From Pyrinomonadales bacterium (GTDB lineage: Bacteria; Acidobacteriota; Blastocatellia; Pyrinomonadales; Pyrinomonadaceae): a stretch of 64,000 nt of DNA. The notes below the pieces were generated by a model. It saw nothing but the letters and a program-made list of their open reading frames with translations, was not told the DNA's origin and ran no database searches. Each line of letters opens with the position of its first letter. Position 1 is the first letter of the stretch. The position numbers were made by a program, and so were the translations under genes. This document shows, in pieces, positions 47,117 through 56,107 of this stretch. Location: the NCBI GenBank assembly GCA_038257355.1, contig JBBSJK010000004.1, forward strand, positions 8,637 to 72,636, given 5' to 3'.

Positions 47117-48226
47117 CTAGGTGATTTGAACTAGCTGTTTGTCGGCCAGCAAAGATTTGGCTGCCGAGCCTTCCTTTCTAAGTATCTCGACCTCTTTTAC
47201 AAATTCCTCAACAATATCCTCGCCCGAAACTTTTCGCATCGGGACGCCGTCCTTAAAGATCATGCCGACGTTGCGGCCAAAGGTGATGCCGAGTTGCGAA
47301 TCGTGAGCCTCGCCCGGCCCATTGACGGCACAGCCCATGATCGAGAGATGCAGCGGTTCCTCGACGTGTGCGAGACGGCGTTCGACCTCAGTGACGATCT
47401 CGACGAAGTTATCGATGTCCAGGCGTCCGCATGTGGGACAGGCGACGACGGTGACGCCGCGTTTTCTTAATTCCAGAGATTTCAAGATTTCCCAGGCGAC
47501 GCGAACCTCTTCGTGTGGTTCGGCGGCTAAACTGACGCGGATCGTGTCGCCGATGCCTTCGTGGAGTAGAACGCCTAGGCCGATCGCCGATTTGATCGTC
47601 CCGCCAAACGGCGTTCCGGCCTCGGTTACGCCGAGATGGAGCGGATAATCAACCTTTGCCGCCATCAGTCGATACGCCTCGACCATGCGGTTAACGTCAG
47701 ACGCTTTGAGCGAGATGATCGTATCCGTAAAGCCGAGGTCCTCGAGAATGCGGATGTGCCGCATAGCGCTTTCGACCATGGCCTCGGGGGTCGCGGTGCC
47801 ATATTTTTTTAATAGATCTTTCTCAAGCGAACCGCCGTTGACGCCGATGCGGATCGGAACTTTTTGCGCCTCAGCGGCACGTACGACCTCGCGGACGCGG
47901 TCGATATGGCCGATGTTGCCGGGATTGATGCGGAGTTTGTCGATGCCGGCATCGAGAGCTTTTAACGCCAGTTTATAATGAAAATGAATGTCCGCGACAA
48001 TCGGCACGTCGGTGCGTTTACGGATCTTGTACATCGCCGCCGCCGCGTCGTCATCAGGCACAGCGATGCGAACGATCTCGCATCCGGCGGTGACCATTTC
48101 CTCGATCTGACGAATCGTTGCGTCAACATCGGTCGTGTCGGTTTTGGTCATCGACTGTACGACGACCGGCGCTCCGCCGCCGATCTGTATATCGCGAACC
48201 ATTACCGGTCTTGTAACTCTAGTCAT
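47117..48226 (-). CDS. ispG: 4-hydroxy-3-methylbut-2-en-1-yl diphosphate synthase
   Basis: 'QSMTKTDT', 'VACPTCGR' and 'IMGCAVNGPGEA'. Confidence 0.95.
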   Translation of the reverse strand: MTRVTRPVMVRDIQIGGGAPVVVQSMTKTDTTDVDATIRQIEEMVTAGCEIVRIAVPDDDAAAAMYKIRKRTDVPIVADIHFHYKLALKALDAGIDKLRINPGNIGHIDRVREVVRAAEAQKVPIRIGVNGGSLEKDLLKKYGTATPEAMVESAMRHIRILEDLGFTDTIISLKASDVNRMVEAYRLMAAKVDYPLHLGVTEAGTPFGGTIKSAIGLGVLLHEGIGDTIRVSLAAEPHEEVRVAWEILKSLELRKRGVTVVACPTCGRLDIDNFVEIVTEVERRLAHVEEPLHLSIMGCAVNGPGEAHDSQLGITFGRNVGMIFKDGVPMRKVSGEDIVEEFVKEVEILRKEGSAAKSLLADKQLVQIT

Positions 48227-48252
48227 AGCAATTGAAACAATGGATTAACACC

Positions 48253-48301
48253 GATTTACACCGAGTTTTCCATTCTTAATCATCGTGAATTCGTGTAAAT
48301 C
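48253..48301. repeat. Intergenic palindromic element ('gatttacac' / 'gtgtaaatc')
   Basis: 9-bp stem (48253-48261 / 48293-48301) just 3' of rseP. The words are related to the 27411-27459 element ('...gtgttaatctgcgtcactccgttgttgc' vs '...gtgtaaatccgttgttac'). Confidence 0.45.
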
Positions 48302-48309
48302 CGTTGTTA

Positions 48310-49674
48310 CTACCCGCCGATCAGCCTTGAAACGTCAAAGAATATCACCGTCACCATCAGCAGAAGTACGATGGCGAGACCGCTCAATTGAATACGTTCG
48401 CGGGCGGCCATTGAAAGTGTTTTGCCAAACCACGACAGTACTTTTTCGATGCCGAGCACCATTATTTGGCCGCCGTCGAGCATCGGTATTGGCAGCAGGT
48501 TCATCACGCCGAGACTGAGACTGATCATAGTCAGCACCGACAGCAAGCCAAAGAATCCAGCGGAAAACACGGTATTTATAATCACCTGTCCGATGCCGAT
48601 CGGCCCCGAAACGGTGTCGCGGGCCGAGCGTTCCCCGGTGCCAACCTGGCCCAGGGCCTGTCCGGTCAGGCGCAAAATTCGCAGATTTGTATCGACAGCG
48701 TACCCGGCGGCCCCGACGATGCCGGCGGGTTCGCGGGTCACCATCGAAGACGAGTCAAATGCGATCCCGATTCGCCATTCGCCCTCTTTCTGAACCGCGC
48801 TTGTCACTATATCGGCCCGTTCACCGTTGCGATTGACGACGAGGTTGACCGGTTGATCCGCGGCCTCGCCGATGAGTATTTTCATCTCCTGAGTATTGCG
48901 GATCGGTTTACCGTTGACCGAAGTGATCCGGTCGCCCGCCTGCAGGCCTGAGACGGCCGCCGGCATCGACGGGTCGATAGCTCCGACGACGACCGGTTCT
49001 GTACCGGCGTCAGGAGACATATCCAGAAAACCGCCCGATTGTCCGCTCTGAGTTACCTTTGTCGGAGTGATGCTAAGCTGTGTCCGCTGACCGCCGCGCT
49101 CGACCGCAATCGGCACCTCTTTCTCAGGAATTAACAATGCTCCGTCCTGAATTCGCTCCCACGAGGGGTTCTCAATACCGTCAAAACTCACAATGCGGTC
49201 GCCCGCCTGAATTCCTGCCTTTGCCGCCGCTCCATCGGCCTTGACAAAGCCGACGATTGGCGATGGATTGGACGGTACGCCGTACAAAAGCCCGATCGCA
49301 AACGGGATCGAAAGCGCTAGGACAAAGTTCATAAACGGCCCGCCGAGCATGACCAAAAACTTTTGCCAACGCGGCCGCAACTCATAAAGCTCCGACTCAG
49401 GGACCGGTTCAGATGTATCGACCCCGCCCTCGAGCGGCCCGGTCGCCTCGTCACCGTAAAGTTTTACATACGCACCGAGCGGGATCGCCGACACTCGGTA
49501 ATCCGTGTGGCCGACCTTAAACCCAAAAACACGCGGCCCGAGGCCAAAAAACGAATACGCCTCGACCCGCATTCCGAAAAACTTGGCGACGAGAAAGTGC
49601 CCCATCTCGTGAATATTTATAGCCACGCCGAGGACAAAAAGTATTGCTAAAATTGCGATTAAAATATCTGACAT
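48310..49674 (-). CDS. rseP: RIP metalloprotease RseP (site-2 protease)
   Basis: 'HEMGHFLVAK', PDZ regions and 'NLLPIPMLDGG'. The ATG at 49674 is preferred. Confidence 0.9.
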   Translation of the reverse strand: MSDILIAILAILFVLGVAINIHEMGHFLVAKFFGMRVEAYSFFGLGPRVFGFKVGHTDYRVSAIPLGAYVKLYGDEATGPLEGGVDTSEPVPESELYELRPRWQKFLVMLGGPFMNFVLALSIPFAIGLLYGVPSNPSPIVGFVKADGAAAKAGIQAGDRIVSFDGIENPSWERIQDGALLIPEKEVPIAVERGGQRTQLSITPTKVTQSGQSGGFLDMSPDAGTEPVVVGAIDPSMPAAVSGLQAGDRITSVNGKPIRNTQEMKILIGEAADQPVNLVVNRNGERADIVTSAVQKEGEWRIGIAFDSSSMVTREPAGIVGAAGYAVDTNLRILRLTGQALGQVGTGERSARDTVSGPIGIGQVIINTVFSAGFFGLLSVLTMISLSLGVMNLLPIPMLDGGQIMVLGIEKVLSWFGKTLSMAARERIQLSGLAIVLLLMVTVIFFDVSRLIGG

Positions 49675-49733
49675 TGAATAAATTCCTATAAAAATAACTC
49701 TAAAATTAGAGTCTGGCCGTCGGAACACGGTTG

Positions 49734-50021
49734 CTAACGAAAACGTAACGGCAGCATGTCTGCGACTTTAATTTTGGAGTCAGGCATTGCGAGCGGAGAA
49801 TAATTTCGTCCGCTCCGAAAACCAATCTTTCCGCGTAGTCGAACCCGCCTTCCTTTTATGAGTTCAACCCGCCTACCTTGGAAAAGCCCCTGTTCATAAA
49901 TCTTGTAATACTCGTCAACTGTCCAGCGAATGCCGTGCGGTGCGAAGCCCTTCTTTTTCGTTCGGCCATCGAACGACACAGGTTTTTGATAGGTTCTTTC
50001 ACAAACAGTTTGCATTGTCAT
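49734..50021 (-). pseudogene. Internally deleted Uma2 (DUF820) family endonuclease remnant
   Basis: 'WTVDEYYKIYEQGLFQGRRVELIKG' is the canonical Uma2 N-terminus, and the product ends 'IKVADMLP', like a Uma2 C-terminus. It is only 95 aa, against the roughly 190 aa I recall as typical. A direct repeat 'aggcgggtt(g/c)' lies at the apparent junction. Confidence 0.55.
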
Positions 50022-50028
50022 ACCACAC

Positions 50029-51198
50029 TCACGCCGCTGCAGTCTTGCGTAATTTCATTATAGCGCGTGATCGGGCCCATTTGTCAGTTTCGAGGATGGT
50101 TTCGAGGGTGATAACGTCCAGTGATTTGTGATCGTTCATTACGGACTGATTGATAACCGCAATCTCGCTGAGGCGGATTTTGCCGTCGAGAAATGCCTGG
50201 ACGGAAACTTCGTTCGCCGCGTTTAGCACGGCGGGCATCGTGCCGCCGATGCGAAGCGCGTCGTAGGCGAGCTGCAGGCAGGGAAATTTTGCAAGATCAG
50301 GTTCCTCAAAATCGAGCCGGCTCAAGGCGGCCAGGTCGAGCGGCGGTGTGCAGTTTTCCCGGCGATCCGGATAGGTCAGCGCGTATTGGATGGCGTGTTT
50401 CATATCCGTCACGCCCATCTGGGCGATGATGGAGCCATCGACCATCTCGACCAGCGAGTGAACGACCGATTGCGGATGCACGACCACCGAGATCTGATCC
50501 GCGTCGAAGCCAAACAGCCATTTTGCCTCGATGACCTCGAGGCCTTTATTCATAAGTGTCGCGGAATCAATCGTGATCTTGTCGCCCATTTTCCAGTTTG
50601 GGTGATCCAGCGCCTCGGTGCGCGTTGCATTTTCTATTTCTGATTTGGTTTTATTACGAAATGGGCCGCCGGATGCGGTAAGAATCAGGCGTTTTACTTC
50701 GCCGCGAGTTTCGCCCCGCAGACATTGATGTATCGCATTATGCTCAGAATCGACCGGTAAGATCTCGGCACCGGACTTAGCCGCTGCCTCCATCATCAGA
50801 CCGCCGGCCATCACCAGCGGTTCTTTGTTAGCGAGTGCGACGCGTTTGCCTGCCTCGATAGCCCGCAGAGTCGGGACAAGCCCGACGGCACCGACGGTGG
50901 CCGAGATGACCATCTCCGCCTCAGCATGGGTTGCTACGGCAATAAGGCCTGCTTCGCCGATATCAATTCGCGGCTCGCGGATTCCGAGGTTATGCAATGC
51001 TCGCTGCAAATCCACGCATGACGCTTCGTCCTGACAAGATACCAATTCTGGATCAAAAGCGGCGATCTGCTCTGCAAACTTCGCTGTATTGCGCCCGGCG
51101 GCCATCGCGACAACGCGGATGTCGCCCAAATGTTCGATAACTTGGAGGGTATTGCAGCCGATCGAACCAGTAGAACCGAGGATGGAGATGGCTTTCAT
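50029..51198 (-). CDS. dxr: 1-deoxy-D-xylulose-5-phosphate reductoisomerase
   Basis: 'ILGSTGSIG', 'LANKE', 'PVDSEHNA' and 'HPQS'. Confidence 0.95.
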   Translation of the reverse strand: MKAISILGSTGSIGCNTLQVIEHLGDIRVVAMAAGRNTAKFAEQIAAFDPELVSCQDEASCVDLQRALHNLGIREPRIDIGEAGLIAVATHAEAEMVISATVGAVGLVPTLRAIEAGKRVALANKEPLVMAGGLMMEAAAKSGAEILPVDSEHNAIHQCLRGETRGEVKRLILTASGGPFRNKTKSEIENATRTEALDHPNWKMGDKITIDSATLMNKGLEVIEAKWLFGFDADQISVVVHPQSVVHSLVEMVDGSIIAQMGVTDMKHAIQYALTYPDRRENCTPPLDLAALSRLDFEEPDLAKFPCLQLAYDALRIGGTMPAVLNAANEVSVQAFLDGKIRLSEIAVINQSVMNDHKSLDVITLETILETDKWARSRAIMKLRKTAAA

Positions 51199-51262
51199 AA
51201 AACAGTCCACAGATTAGCACAGATGAATGTGGATAGGAATTAGATGCAGTTAGACCGAGAGG

Positions 51263-51868
51263 CTAAATCGCTGGTTTCTCCTCAGAAAATTCCAATGTGG
51301 CTTCCATATGGTTTTGCTTTGTTTCAACGCCTGCCTGTTTAGCTGCGAGAAACTGGTTAAAATCGACTGATCTATTTTTTGGCACGCTCAGCGTTTTCCA
51401 TTCCGAAGAGCGAAAATGCTTTGCCAGCAGAACGATCTGGCCGACGTGATATGCATAATGCGTCATTTGCCGGTTTAGCGCCTCGCAAATGGAATGCGGT
51501 TCCCCGCGAATTGTAACGGTTCGTGAAAAATCATCCACTGACAAAGGCTCGATCGCATCAAAAAGTCTTTGCCATCCCAATTCCCAGAACTCCATTAAAG
51601 ATTCGCGGCTGTCCGCGACAATTTCAAACTCAGTGTCGCGATTGCGATCGGCCTTTTCGCCGTCGCTAGTCAAAAAATCCGTCCACCGCGAACGTAAGTT
51701 CCCGGCGATATGTTTAACTATTAGGGCAACCGAATTAGATTCGGCGTCGATGAGCGCGAAAAACTCTTTGTCGGTGACCTGCTCTATAGCTCGTTCCGCC
51801 AATTTTTTGTAGTTGCGAAATGATTGAACAGCGTCGGAATGGTAGTTTTTAATAAATTGCTCGGACAT
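51263..51868 (-). CDS. DinB-superfamily protein (DUF1572-like)
   Basis: 'NSVALIVKHIAGNLRSRWTDFLTSDGEKADRNRDTEFE' matches the remembered DUF1572 pattern. Confidence 0.75.
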   Translation of the reverse strand: MSEQFIKNYHSDAVQSFRNYKKLAERAIEQVTDKEFFALIDAESNSVALIVKHIAGNLRSRWTDFLTSDGEKADRNRDTEFEIVADSRESLMEFWELGWQRLFDAIEPLSVDDFSRTVTIRGEPHSICEALNRQMTHYAYHVGQIVLLAKHFRSSEWKTLSVPKNRSVDFNQFLAAKQAGVETKQNHMEATLEFSEEKPAI

Positions 51869-51981
51869 CTTAGGTTATTGGGGCATTGTTATTTGCGACT
51901 CGATCGCCATGAACTAGGGAAAGGCAAAAAGCACTTTTCAGCGTCTCTTCCACCCTTCCAGCAAGTGTTTGTCTATGAATC

Positions 51982-53379
51982 TCATTGCTTTCGTATTTGA
52001 GCGGAAATATCTCCGGTGGCCAACTGTACTTGGCTACCTGTTTTCATATCTTTTAGGGTCACTTTTCCATCAGCGATTTCATTCTCGCCCAACAAGCAGA
52101 CGTAAGGAACATTGATCGATGCTGCGTATTTCATTTGTTTGCTAAGCTTGTCAGCCTCAGGATATACAGTGACGCGCAGGCCATGGGTACGTAGTTCGTT
52201 TGCCAGTTTGAGTGATTTACCGACGGAATCGTCATTCCAAATTGTGACCATCACGTCGGCGGGCGTCGATTCGGCGATCTCGGACGGGAACATTCCACGC
52301 TCTTCCATCACGACAAGAATACGTTCGAGACCAAGTGAGAAGCCGCAAGCAGGTATCTCTTCCTTGCCAAACATCCCGATCAATCCGTCATAACGCCCAC
52401 CGCCGCCGAGTGAGCCTGAGAGGTCAGGAACCGTGATCTCAAAGATCGCTCCTGTGTAATACGAAAGGCCTCGGGCAAGGCTCGGATCGACCTCGATCGG
52501 GCATTTGACTGCAAATTTCAATATCTGTCCGATATCGGTCAGAACGTCGTTGCTTACAATATTTAGTAAATTACTGACGATCGTGCGGTTTACGTCTTTA
52601 CCGTCACCAATTATCTGACGGGTCTGTTCGAATATCTCAAGTAGCATTTGCGATGCGGCATCGGCGATTCCACGTTCGGACAGTTCCTGCTCGACACCTT
52701 CTGCTCCGATCTTGTCGAGTTTATCGATCGCGACCAAAGCATCGCCGTGTTTTTCCGCAGGAACGCCGGCCGTATCCAAAATATCCGCAAGTATCTCACG
52801 ATGATTCAGGCGGATCGTGAAATCCTGAAAACCGAGACGTCGGAGGATCTCGGTAACGGCAGTTATAAGTTCAGCCTCCACCACCATTGATGTGGAACCG
52901 ATAACATCGACGTCGCATTGATAAAACTCGCGAAAGCGGCCGCGTGCCGGGCGGTCGGCACGCCAGACGGGCTGTATCTGATAGCGTTTGAAAAATTTGG
53001 GGAGGTCGTTCTTCCGGTTCGCGACAACGCGTGCGAGTGGCACGGTGAGGTCGTAGCGGAGGGCTAAATCCGCGAGTCTTGAGTCTTGAGTCTTGAGTCT
53101 TGAGTAGGAAGGCGAACTGTCTTTCTCCGGATTCCCGACTCCCGACTCCAGACTTTCTTGGAGTTTTTCGCCGCGTTTTAGGATTTTAAAAACAAGCTGA
53201 TTGCCCTCTTCGCCGTACTTGCCCATCAGGGTTTCGATGTTTTCAACGGCGGGGGTTTCTAACGGTTCGAAGCCGTAACTCTCATAGACCTCTTTAATAA
53301 TACCGATCACGTAATCGCGTTTTCTGACATCCGTGGGCAGAAAATCTCGCATCCCGCGGGCGGGGTTTGTACTTGCCAT
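51982..53379 (-). CDS. hisS: Histidine--tRNA ligase
   Basis: 'GMRDFLP', 'ALRYDLTVPLARV', 'FYQCDVD' and 'GGGRYDGL'. It contains a repeat-derived insertion (see findings). Confidence 0.95.
   Translation of the reverse strand: MASTNPARGMRDFLPTDVRKRDYVIGIIKEVYESYGFEPLETPAVENIETLMGKYGEEGNQLVFKILKRGEKLQESLESGVGNPEKDSSPSYSRLKTQDSRLADLALRYDLTVPLARVVANRKNDLPKFFKRYQIQPVWRADRPARGRFREFYQCDVDVIGSTSMVVEAELITAVTEILRRLGFQDFTIRLNHREILADILDTAGVPAEKHGDALVAIDKLDKIGAEGVEQELSERGIADAASQMLLEIFEQTRQIIGDGKDVNRTIVSNLLNIVSNDVLTDIGQILKFAVKCPIEVDPSLARGLSYYTGAIFEITVPDLSGSLGGGGRYDGLIGMFGKEEIPACGFSLGLERILVVMEERGMFPSEIAESTPADVMVTIWNDDSVGKSLKLANELRTHGLRVTVYPEADKLSKQMKYAASINVPYVCLLGENEIADGKVTLKDMKTGSQVQLATGDISAQIRKQ
53074..53108. 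repeat. Heptanucleotide tandem repeat (gagtctt)x4 plus one degenerate unit inside hisS
   Basis: Read directly. On the coding strand it is (aagactc)n, translated 'YSRLKTQDSRL'. Confidence 0.95.
53134..53154. repeat. Second heptanucleotide repeat (cccgact x2, ccagact) inside hisS
   Basis: Read directly. It is translated 'LESGVGN'. Confidence 0.9.
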
Positions 53380-53432
53380 AAAGCTATCTTACCGCAGAGA
53401 AGCGGAGACGCAGAGAGGGGAAAAGAATTTTA

Positions 53433-53557
53433 GCCGCAGATTGGTGCCGATGACGCAGTTAAGCAGAGACAGAAGCGGGAGTGGCCAGTGATATTCGATA
53501 CTAATGGGACAACGCAATCATTCCTTCCGATTCGCGTCATCCGCATTAATCTGCGGC
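53433..53557. repeat. Imperfect 26-nt inverted repeat pair of the 'gccgcagatt..tgc.gatgacgc' family
   Basis: Left arm 53433-53458 and right arm 53532-53557 (10+8 perfect bp with a partly matched centre), in the hisS upstream spacer. Confidence 0.55.
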
Positions 53558-53589
53558 AATAAAACTACCGTTTCTTTCACGACGCTTGT

Positions 53590-54093
53590 TCAGAGGTACT
53601 TTTCTTTTAGCTTGACATAGTTTTGCCAGGATTTGTCTAAATGGTCGAGTTCGTCGCCTGTGAGTTCGCGTTTGACGCGGGCGGGCGAGCCGATGACCAT
53701 CGAATTTGGCGGGATCTGTGTACCGGGCGTTAGTAAACTGCCGGCCGCGACAAGCGAATTGCGGCCGACGCGGACGCCGTCCATGAGGATCGCTCCCATA
53801 CCGATCAGACAGCCACTCTCAACATAACAGGCGTGGAGTGTGACGCGGTGGCCGATCGTAATGTTCTCCTCGAGTATCGTTGGCAAGCCCTTTGAGCTTA
53901 CATGGATCATCGTCATATCCTGGATATTCGTCCTCGCACCGATGCGTATATAGTTCACATCGCCTCTAAGCACCGATCCAAACCACACACTCGCATCCTC
54001 ACCAATCTCGACATCGCCGACCACGACCACGCCATCGGCGATGAATGCGGATGGATGAATTTTAGGTTCGATTGAGTTGAAAGGGCTGATCAT
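53590..54093 (-). CDS. Gamma-class carbonic anhydrase family protein (hexapeptide repeat)
   Basis: Left-handed beta-helix repeats with the 'VLRGD...IRIG..TNIQD' and 'HA' pattern. Confidence 0.85.
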   Translation of the reverse strand: MISPFNSIEPKIHPSAFIADGVVVVGDVEIGEDASVWFGSVLRGDVNYIRIGARTNIQDMTMIHVSSKGLPTILEENITIGHRVTLHACYVESGCLIGMGAILMDGVRVGRNSLVAAGSLLTPGTQIPPNSMVIGSPARVKRELTGDELDHLDKSWQNYVKLKEKYL

Positions 54094-54240
54094 AATCCCG
54101 GACGGCTATTGCGGCAACTACAATATCGGAGGTCAGGTTTCGATTCGAAGATCGTCGGTGTGAATTGTGTCAAATCCCTGACCGTTAAGCCAGGCTTTGA
54201 GCATAAAAACTATCACATTAGCAATGAAAAAAGAACAATT

Positions 54241-56016
54241 TCACTTTCCCAGTTTTCGTCGGAGCGTGGCGACAATCTGTTCTAGCTCCGAGATTCTAAG
54301 TAGTTTGGCGACGATCAGGAATACGATGCCGCCAATGATGATCGGTACAAATGCCTCGATCAAACGCACGGACAAACCCTTATCGATAAAGTATCTGGTC
54401 AGTAAGTAATATATAAAATATGCCGCCGCCGACATTGCTGCAGATGCTAACACGATGCGGGCGAATGACGAGAGTATGTCGCGGCCGTTCAGGCCGTTTG
54501 TTCGCCGCCGCATAAAAAAGGCGAGAGCGAGGAAATTGACGGTCGCGACGATCGATGTGGTGAGGGCGACGCCGGCGTGGCCAAAGCCGTTTGGGCGCTC
54601 GGGTGTGACGCCGACAGTCGAGAGCAACTGCATCATGCCAAAGCTTGCCGGCACATGAACAAGTATCGACGCCAGACTGATGTACATCGGCGTTTTTGCG
54701 TCATCGAGTGCGTAAAATGCGGGCGACAAAACCTTAATTGCAGCATACGCGGCGAGACCAACCGAATAAGCGGTCAGAGCCCAGGCGGTCATATCGGTGT
54801 CAAAAGCAGTAAATTCACCCCGCTCGTAAATCAGGCTGATGATCGGATTGCCAAGCACGACGAGCCCAAATGCAGACGGTATGGCCAGCAGAAATACCAG
54901 TTTTATTGCATCCGAGAGCGTCGAGCGAAATTTATCACCATTCTCCTCCGACGCGAGACGCGCGAGCGTCGGGATCGCGGCAGTGCCGATAGCGACGCCA
55001 AAAACACCGATCGGAAACTGCATCAACCGAAATGAATAGTTGAGCCACGACGCTCCGCCGTCGATGCCCGATGCGACAATAGTATCTACCAAAACCTTAA
55101 CCTGTATCGCTCCGGTGCCGATGATCGCGGGGCCCATCAGACGCATCACGCGCCGAACGCCATCGTCACGAAAGCTCAATCGCCAAGAGAACCGGAAACC
55201 GACCTTAAACAGCGACGGTATCTGTATCAAAAGTTGCGCCGCTCCGCCGAGCAGCGTACCTATTGACATACCTATGATCGCCCACTGGGCTGCGTCGCTC
55301 GGGATCACGAGCTTGTCAACCGATCGTTCCCACGCACCTCCGCTGAGCCAGAATGCGATGCCGAGGCCGAAGACGATCGAGACTACATTAAAAGCGGTCG
55401 ATGCCGATGCCGGAATGCCAAAACGCCCTTTTGTATTCAGTACGCCCATCGCCAGCGCCGCCAGTGCGACGAGCAGAATAAACGGAAACATTATCTGCAT
55501 CAAAAGCGTCGCAAGAGCGGCCTTTTCGGGCGGATAATAGTGATTCGGGTCGCCTAAATAGTTGTAGGTAATGATTTTAACAAATAGCGGCGAGAGAAAA
55601 ATGCCGAGTATGCAGATCACGCTCAGAACAACGGCCAGGCCGTTAAAGATTAGGCTCGCGAGCCGCCACGCTTCCGCTTCACTGTTTTTTAACTGATAAT
55701 CGGTAAATACCTTGACGAACGCCGCCGACAGAGCTCCTTCGGCAAATAGATCACGGAGCAGATTTGGTATGCGAAAACCGACGATAAACGCATCCGAGAG
55801 AAAACCGGCGCCAAAAAATTTGGCAAAAATCATCTCGCGAACCAGCCCCAAAACGCGCGAAAACATAACGGCGATTGAGACGATACCGGCTGAGCGGGCG
55901 ACGCTCGCGTGTTTTGTAACGGGTGTGTCCGGCGGCGGCTCGGCGACGGCGGGCGCGGGATCGGCGAGAGACTCGGGTTCTTCTGCGGCCGTTTGATCCT
56001 TTTCGTTGTCAGTCAT
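54241..56016 (-). CDS. murJ: Lipid II flippase MurJ
   Basis: 591-aa polytopic protein with 'SRVLGLVREMIFAKFFGAG...DAF' and 'RIPNLLRDLFAEGALSAAFV'. Confidence 0.9.
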   Translation of the reverse strand: MTDNEKDQTAAEEPESLADPAPAVAEPPPDTPVTKHASVARSAGIVSIAVMFSRVLGLVREMIFAKFFGAGFLSDAFIVGFRIPNLLRDLFAEGALSAAFVKVFTDYQLKNSEAEAWRLASLIFNGLAVVLSVICILGIFLSPLFVKIITYNYLGDPNHYYPPEKAALATLLMQIMFPFILLVALAALAMGVLNTKGRFGIPASASTAFNVVSIVFGLGIAFWLSGGAWERSVDKLVIPSDAAQWAIIGMSIGTLLGGAAQLLIQIPSLFKVGFRFSWRLSFRDDGVRRVMRLMGPAIIGTGAIQVKVLVDTIVASGIDGGASWLNYSFRLMQFPIGVFGVAIGTAAIPTLARLASEENGDKFRSTLSDAIKLVFLLAIPSAFGLVVLGNPIISLIYERGEFTAFDTDMTAWALTAYSVGLAAYAAIKVLSPAFYALDDAKTPMYISLASILVHVPASFGMMQLLSTVGVTPERPNGFGHAGVALTTSIVATVNFLALAFFMRRRTNGLNGRDILSSFARIVLASAAMSAAAYFIYYLLTRYFIDKGLSVRLIEAFVPIIIGGIVFLIVAKLLRISELEQIVATLRRKLGK

Positions 56017-56052
56017 TGGTCAAAACGCAATTATCTCACGTTAGGAGCAAAA

Positions 56053-56088
56053 GAAAAAAAGGAAGCATTTGGCGTGCTCCCTTTTTTT
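56053..56088. terminator. Bidirectional terminator-like hairpin between dacB and murJ
   Basis: 'aaaaaaa ggaagca tttggcg tgctccc ttttttt'. Confidence 0.55.
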
Positions 56089-56107
56089 ATCTAAATTTAA
56101 TCGCAGC

